Positions 55,620-60,089 of a stretch of 60,089 bases of DNA are shown piece by piece; position 1 is the stretch's first letter; each line of letters starts with the position of its first letter. The position numbers and the translations under genes are program-made. The DNA comes from Candidatus Pacearchaeota archaeon. GTDB taxonomy: Archaea > Nanobdellota > Nanobdellia > Pacearchaeales > GW2011-AR1. The stretch is taken from positions 1 through 60,089 of the forward strand of contig JACOYL010000014.1 of assembly GCA_016181895.1 (NCBI GenBank), read 5' to 3'. The notes under the pieces are model-generated. The model ran no database searches, was not told the origin of the DNA, and saw nothing but the letters and a program-made list of their open reading frames with translations.

Positions 55620-55932
55620 CACGAGGAATTTAATTTACATCTAAAATATTAATGTGTAAAACCATATCTCGATTATTAATAAAAAGGTTATAGATTAATA
55701 TCGGGATTAATATCGGCTTTCTTGGGGCAGGTGAGTGATTTGACTTTGACAATCTTAAAATTATTAAGAATAAAGTCGGGTTGCGAGGAGAGCAACTTTA
55801 CGAGGGAAATTTATTGGAATTAGGTTAACATGTAAAAATTCTTTTATCATTAATTTATCAGTTTCTCAAAGTTGGATTTGTCATTAACATGAATTTCTAG
55901 GGATGGGCGGTCGTGGTGATGGTGGTGGGAAA
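55620..55932 (+). repeat. Mosaic repeat locus
   Basis: About 190 nt colinear with 39605-39790; tail GGGCGGTCGTGGTGATGGTGGTGGGAA. Confidence 0.85.
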
Positions 55933-55959
55933 GGAGCGAATAAAGCGAGTGATTGATGA

Positions 55960-56019
55960 ATTCGAACCCACGAAAAGTCGCTCTGCAGGCGACCGCAGTA
56001 GCCGCTGTGCCACCTCCAC
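55960..56019 (-). tRNA. tRNA-Cys(GCA) 5' part only (positions 1 to about 60)
   Basis: GTGGAGG..GTCGC-CT GCA GA-GCGAC..GTGGG-TTCGAAT; the expected CCCAC-CCTCCAC does not follow. Confidence 0.75.
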
Positions 56020-56021
56020 AA

Positions 56022-56096
56022 CGCCCCCGACAGGATTTGAACCTGCGACCCTCAGATTAGAAGTCTGATGCTCTATCCAGGCTGAGCTACAGGGGC
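56022..56096 (-). tRNA. tRNA-Arg(TCT)
   Basis: GCCCCTG/CGGGGGC acceptor; TCAGA-CT TCT AA-TCTGA; GCAGG-TTCAAAT-CCTGT. Confidence 0.95.
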
Positions 56097-56162
56097 TCAT
56101 AAAAACGAATAAGAAATTCTATTTAAAATCTTTTGTTATTGGAAAAATTTAGAAATCTAAAA

Positions 56163-56360
56163 CTATCTCAACTTCTTCGCCCGATTTATCAAAGAAATCG
56201 CCTTTTTTTCCCTGCTCATTTTTTTCCTTAATTCCGCTTCCTTGTTCCTGATTTTCGGCAGTTCTTTTTCAATATATTGCTTGGACTTTTCAGTCACTGT
56301 AAGCTTTCGTTTGAAATTTTTCAGTCTTGCACTTGTCAGCTCTTTTTTTAAATCTCCCAT
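56163..56360 (-). CDS. Small basic hypothetical protein
   Basis: 65-aa Lys/Arg-rich ORF. Confidence 0.5.
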   Translation of the reverse strand: MGDLKKELTSARLKNFKRKLTVTEKSKQYIEKELPKIRNKEAELRKKMSREKKAISLINRAKKLR

Positions 56361-56383
56361 TATTGTTTATTGTTTTTTTGCTT

Positions 56384-56806
56384 TTAATACTTTACGTTTT
56401 TTCTCAATTTCTTTTTGTAATCTTGGAACCATGCCTCTATTTTTCTTTCCTTGTTTTTATATCCTCTTAACCTTTCGCTTACCTTTATTCTGGACGCCGT
56501 AGGACTTACCGCGTCTGTAATTCCCGTAATTGATTTGTAAATAATATAAGTTGACAAGAAAAGCAGGATGGAGAAAAAAAATGACATCATGTCCCTGAAA
56601 TAAAGAATTGTTATCCAGTCGGACACAAAGAAAATGTATTCAATTCTTCCCAGAATAAGCACAATCACTCCAATTACGAGAAGAGTGAATGCGGTTTTCG
56701 CCTTTCCAATAATCCTCGCCCTTATCTCAAGCAAAAAGAAAAGTATCGTCAGATAGATTGACAGGATTGCGATTCCAAGCCCGACTACGATAAAATCAAG
56801 CGCCAT
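56384..56806 (-). CDS. Three-TM membrane protein (paralog of 56871-57182)
   Basis: MALDFI..IYL..LFFL..I.AR shared with the neighbour. Confidence 0.7.
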   Translation of the reverse strand: MALDFIVVGLGIAILSIYLTILFFLLEIRARIIGKAKTAFTLLVIGVIVLILGRIEYIFFVSDWITILYFRDMMSFFFSILLFLSTYIIYKSITGITDAVSPTASRIKVSERLRGYKNKERKIEAWFQDYKKKLRKNVKY

Positions 56807-56870
56807 TATGAAAGCTCCTTTTGCGATGCATATGCGTAATCGCTTTGTATGTTGAAAAATTTATTTTTCA

Positions 56871-57182
56871 TTATCTGTTCCTCCTTGTTTTACCCTGGTT
56901 GTATATTGCATTGTAAAAACTGTAAAATGCCGCGAGCAAAAACAATGCAAGAATCAAAGCAAGAATTTCCTGAAGATAAGGCACCGCCAAAAAACCTTCT
57001 TTGGTTAAAATGGTTTGCACCCTGAGAATTATCAACAGAATTATCGCAATCCTGAAATAAATGATTGTTTCCGAAAGATTTTCAGTCAGCCTTGCTTTTA
57101 TTTTAAACAGAAAAAACAAAGCCGCAAGATATATCGCAAGCACGAACAGGCTGAAACCGATTCCAATGTAATCAAATGCCAT
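56871..57182 (-). CDS. Three-TM membrane protein (paralog of 56384-56806)
   Basis: MAFDYI..IYL..LFFL..I.AR. Confidence 0.7.
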   Translation of the reverse strand: MAFDYIGIGFSLFVLAIYLAALFFLFKIKARLTENLSETIIYFRIAIILLIILRVQTILTKEGFLAVPYLQEILALILALFLLAAFYSFYNAIYNQGKTRRNR

Positions 57183-57185
57183 AAA

Positions 57186-58871
57186 TCACCTCTTTCTTAT
57201 GATGCTGCCAATGCCAACCTTCTTTTTAATTCTTTTGAACGACTTTGTCCTTTCCTGAATCAAATGATATGCAAACATCGCGAATATTATGACAAAAACA
57301 ACAAGAAGCATGATGTATATTTTTTCCCTTGTCGTGACTTTGTACTGAACGATTTCAAAGCCGTCCGAGGCGCTTGCAACCTCGCCGTTGTATGTTGCTT
57401 TCACATAAAGAACGTAATTTCCGTATTTTGCATTTTCAGGAATGCTTATTTCCCTGATAAAATTCGCCTGTGTTTCTATTGCCAAGCTCTCGTGTTCAAC
57501 TTGGATTTCATTTCCGTCGTAATCCTTTATTATGTATTCCATGAGAACGTCAATCCTTCCAGTGTATCCGAGGTTGAACAGTTTTATCTCTGCCAGAATT
57601 TCCTCTCCCGGAAGAACCTCTTTGTATTCCCCCAATATTTCCGCCCTTGCGTCAAGCAATGATTTCAAGGATTCAACCTCAATCGCGACAAGGATTTGCT
57701 TTTCTTCATATTCTGTTTTCACAAGCAGGGTTCCAAGGTACAAATCAGGCTTTGTATCCCCTCTGGCTAAAAAGTCAAGTGTAACTTCCATTGATTCTCC
57801 CGGGTTCAATTCAAAAAAAGGTTCTCTGACTACGAGAAAATCTTTCAATCTTGAATTCTCAATTGTTATTCTCAATTTTTTTGTGTCGTCGTTTTTTATT
57901 GTGATTTTCTGCGTAAAAACCGAGCCTTGTTTCAATGAAACGCTTATTTGTTCGTCACTTATCGTGATTCCTTTTTTCAGTTTCGGCAAAACCAATCCTC
58001 CACCCCCTCCGCCTCCCGAAGGCGCGGCTGCTTCCTCTCCTGCCTCTGAAGGCGTTTCTTCTGTCGTGTAAGTTGAAAAAGAAGTTACATTAAAATTAAA
58101 GGTTCCTCCTGAATAATTTATCTCTGTACAGATTGCTGAACTGCAAACACTCCCATCTCTCAAAACTCTTGGGTTGGTAAAAGTCAGATTATAAAGCGCC
58201 AGCGTCGCGGATTTGTTGAAATTTCCGATTGCTGTTGAATTTATATGAATCCTGTTAAAAGAAATATTTGTATTTGAATCCAAGTCAATCTGATTGTCCT
58301 CGGGATTTTCATCGTCAGTCAAGTTGATTATATTGTTGTTGAAATTTATTTTCCCAAAATTTGTATGCTCTAAAATTACTCCGGTCATGTTTTGCGCGTC
58401 TTCATAAGAAGTGGAATTAAAATTAGTGGAACTGCCTTTGTATGAATTGAAATAATTTTCGTATTTTATTGTAAATTGTGTTGAATTAACAAAAAATGTG
58501 ACATTTCTTATTGTAAGTCCTTCAGTGTTGTTTGCGTAAAGAAAAAGGCTGTGGCTTCCCTCTGTCGTGTTGAATTTTATGTTTCCAGTGATTGTTGTGT
58601 TTGCCGCACTATCAATACTATATGATATTGTTTCTTCATCAGCCACTGTAAAATTTAATTGCAGATTCTGGCTTGAGAAATAAGTGTGATTTTTCGGATG
58701 CAAAATGGACAATTGCGGCGGTCCTGAAACAGTTATGTTCAACACAAGCAGATTCGTAACCTCTCCCGTAACAGTGCTTCCTGTTATCGTGTTATTTTCG
58801 GCATTTATTAAATAAAATGTGGAAAATATTATGACAACCAATAAAAATACAAAAACCCCTTTTTTCATCAA
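57186..58871 (-). CDS. Cell-surface glycoprotein-like protein with Ig-like domains
   Basis: Signal peptide, many N-x-S/T sequons, poly-Gly linker, C-terminal TM. Confidence 0.8.
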   Translation of the reverse strand: MMKKGVFVFLLVVIIFSTFYLINAENNTITGSTVTGEVTNLLVLNITVSGPPQLSILHPKNHTYFSSQNLQLNFTVADEETISYSIDSAANTTITGNIKFNTTEGSHSLFLYANNTEGLTIRNVTFFVNSTQFTIKYENYFNSYKGSSTNFNSTSYEDAQNMTGVILEHTNFGKINFNNNIINLTDDENPEDNQIDLDSNTNISFNRIHINSTAIGNFNKSATLALYNLTFTNPRVLRDGSVCSSAICTEINYSGGTFNFNVTSFSTYTTEETPSEAGEEAAAPSGGGGGGGLVLPKLKKGITISDEQISVSLKQGSVFTQKITIKNDDTKKLRITIENSRLKDFLVVREPFFELNPGESMEVTLDFLARGDTKPDLYLGTLLVKTEYEEKQILVAIEVESLKSLLDARAEILGEYKEVLPGEEILAEIKLFNLGYTGRIDVLMEYIIKDYDGNEIQVEHESLAIETQANFIREISIPENAKYGNYVLYVKATYNGEVASASDGFEIVQYKVTTREKIYIMLLVVFVIIFAMFAYHLIQERTKSFKRIKKKVGIGSIIRKR

Positions 58872-58921
58872 TTAAAATAAGAAACAGGATATTTAAAATT
58901 TGTTGGTTTATTGTAAAATTA

Positions 58922-59494
58922 CTATCTTTTCCATTTAGGTTTCATGTTTCTTCTTTTTCTCAGATAAAATATGAATATTGCCGCACATGCTATTACCAAT
59001 GCAATTACTACATAAGCTATCCATGAAAGATTTGTCTTTAAATTTCCATTTTCATCAAAATCAGAAGGGGCTCCAATGACAAGATTAAATCCCTTTCCAA
59101 TACTTCCGCTAAGAGCAATAGGTCCCTCACCACTTGTTATTGTTCCGAACATTATTGTAACAGGAAAACTATCTCCTTTCTTTGCACTTGCGGGAGCGGT
59201 TACTATAAAATTAACCCTTGTTTTTTCTCCTGCAGGCACATCATATATGTCGCTGGAATCTGTCATTTCAATGATATCAGCGCCTTCTGTTATTCTTGCC
59301 TGCAAACGCACGTCTTCAGAACTGGCAAGATTTTGCAAAGTGAAAAATGTTTCCATGCTTTCTCCTGGTTGCAAATACAAGGGATTGTTTCCATAATACT
59401 GGGATGAAACGGCAAAGGCAAGAACATTGCTACTGATTAAAATTACACCAATCATAACCGAAAAAATTTCTTTGTACATTGTCTTTTGCCTCAT
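58922..59494 (-). CDS. Secreted Ig-like protein with C-terminal TM anchor
   Basis: Signal peptide, L.PGES, C-terminal TM plus basic tail. Confidence 0.75.
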   Translation of the reverse strand: MRQKTMYKEIFSVMIGVILISSNVLAFAVSSQYYGNNPLYLQPGESMETFFTLQNLASSEDVRLQARITEGADIIEMTDSSDIYDVPAGEKTRVNFIVTAPASAKKGDSFPVTIMFGTITSGEGPIALSGSIGKGFNLVIGAPSDFDENGNLKTNLSWIAYVVIALVIACAAIFIFYLRKRRNMKPKWKR

Positions 59495-59529
59495 TTTGTA
59501 TATTTATAATATTTAAATTTATTATATAT

Positions 59530-60089
59530 TTATTGGTTTGCATTTAATTGATTTATTTTTATATAACTCTTCTTTTCTTTTTCCTTTTGGAAACTTGAAA
59601 ATCTTGATTTTCTTTTTCTTATTTCCTTATAAGAACTATAAAATAACAATATAGACAAGATCTGAACCTGCCACGGACCGTAGGCAAGCGTGGAATAGGA
59701 TTGTGAAGTCAATTCGCTTCCAACGGTTTTAATGCAAAAGTAAAAATCTTCCTGTCCCGTGTCAAATTTGCAAGCGTTATGTTTACAAAAGTTGTATTGC
59801 TCATGTTATTGGCTCTTGTTCCATCGCCGCCACTTGCATCGCATGCTTCAAGTGAAGTGGCATCCCAGCTTACAGAGATATTATTAGCAAAAATCCAGAA
59901 GGTTGTTGTTGTTTCTCCACGAAGGTTTGTCGCATTTATCTGGGTTGTGTTTGCACTCATGTTCTTGTTTCCGGTGTTGTTCAGTCTTAATGCGGCAGTG
60001 GCTGTTTGATTTGTCGTTCCAGGAGCCAATGAACTCCATCCTAATGCACCCATTTCAAAACCTGTTGTCTCTCCGACGCTGAAATTTGT
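59530..60089 (-). pseudogene. Partial surface glycoprotein gene with apparent frameshift near 59760
   Basis: Frame 1 ...ANLTR then stops; a second frame reads TGQEDFYFCIKTVGSELTSQSYST...; gene runs off the window end. Confidence 0.55.

Noticed and set aside
30480-55932. Mosaic repeats as CRISPR arrays
   Set aside because: No identical direct repeats with unique spacers; the spacer-like parts recur between loci; no cas genes in the window
55897-56100. 67-aa ORF on the minus strand
   Set aside because: It is a translation of the two tRNA genes
2139-59396. Many antisense or alternative-frame ORFs within housekeeping genes (e.g. 15203-15682, 57015-57662)
   Set aside because: Shadows of well-supported genes, with no motifs of their own

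Overview
AT-rich archaeal chromosomal segment, most consistent with a DPANN lineage (Pacearchaeota/Woesearchaeota-like; inferred from gene content and compact, mostly leaderless genes). The backbone is housekeeping: tbp, mcm, RPA, aIF2-beta, aIF1A, ftsZ, tfe, alba, Lsm, rps8e, rps17e, endA, rnz, dys, the indirect aminoacylation set (aspS, gatC/A/B, gatD/E), proS, alaS and leuS. Bacterial-type mnmA and disA are also present. Toxin-antitoxin pairs (MNT-HEPN, VapBC, DUF4258/DUF2283), a Fic protein and many AT-rich orphans are interleaved. There are four tRNA loci: Asn(GTT) with two introns, Arg(TCG), Arg(TCT) and a Cys(GCA) lacking its 3' end. The main unexplained signal is a dispersed, modular family of intergenic repeats (about 14 loci). 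Each combines a CGCTCGCCTTCGGCTCGC-like head, AT-rich TTAATG...CATTAA units and G-rich tails. Units are shuffled between loci, one is inverted inside a head, and two appear as in-frame insertions in mnmA. Other signals are a promoter/leader shared by three unrelated genes, an ATCACAAYAA motif upstream of the TATA box of orphan genes, a structured leader RNA near disA, and two disrupted genes. All family calls are from motif recognition by eye, not database searches.
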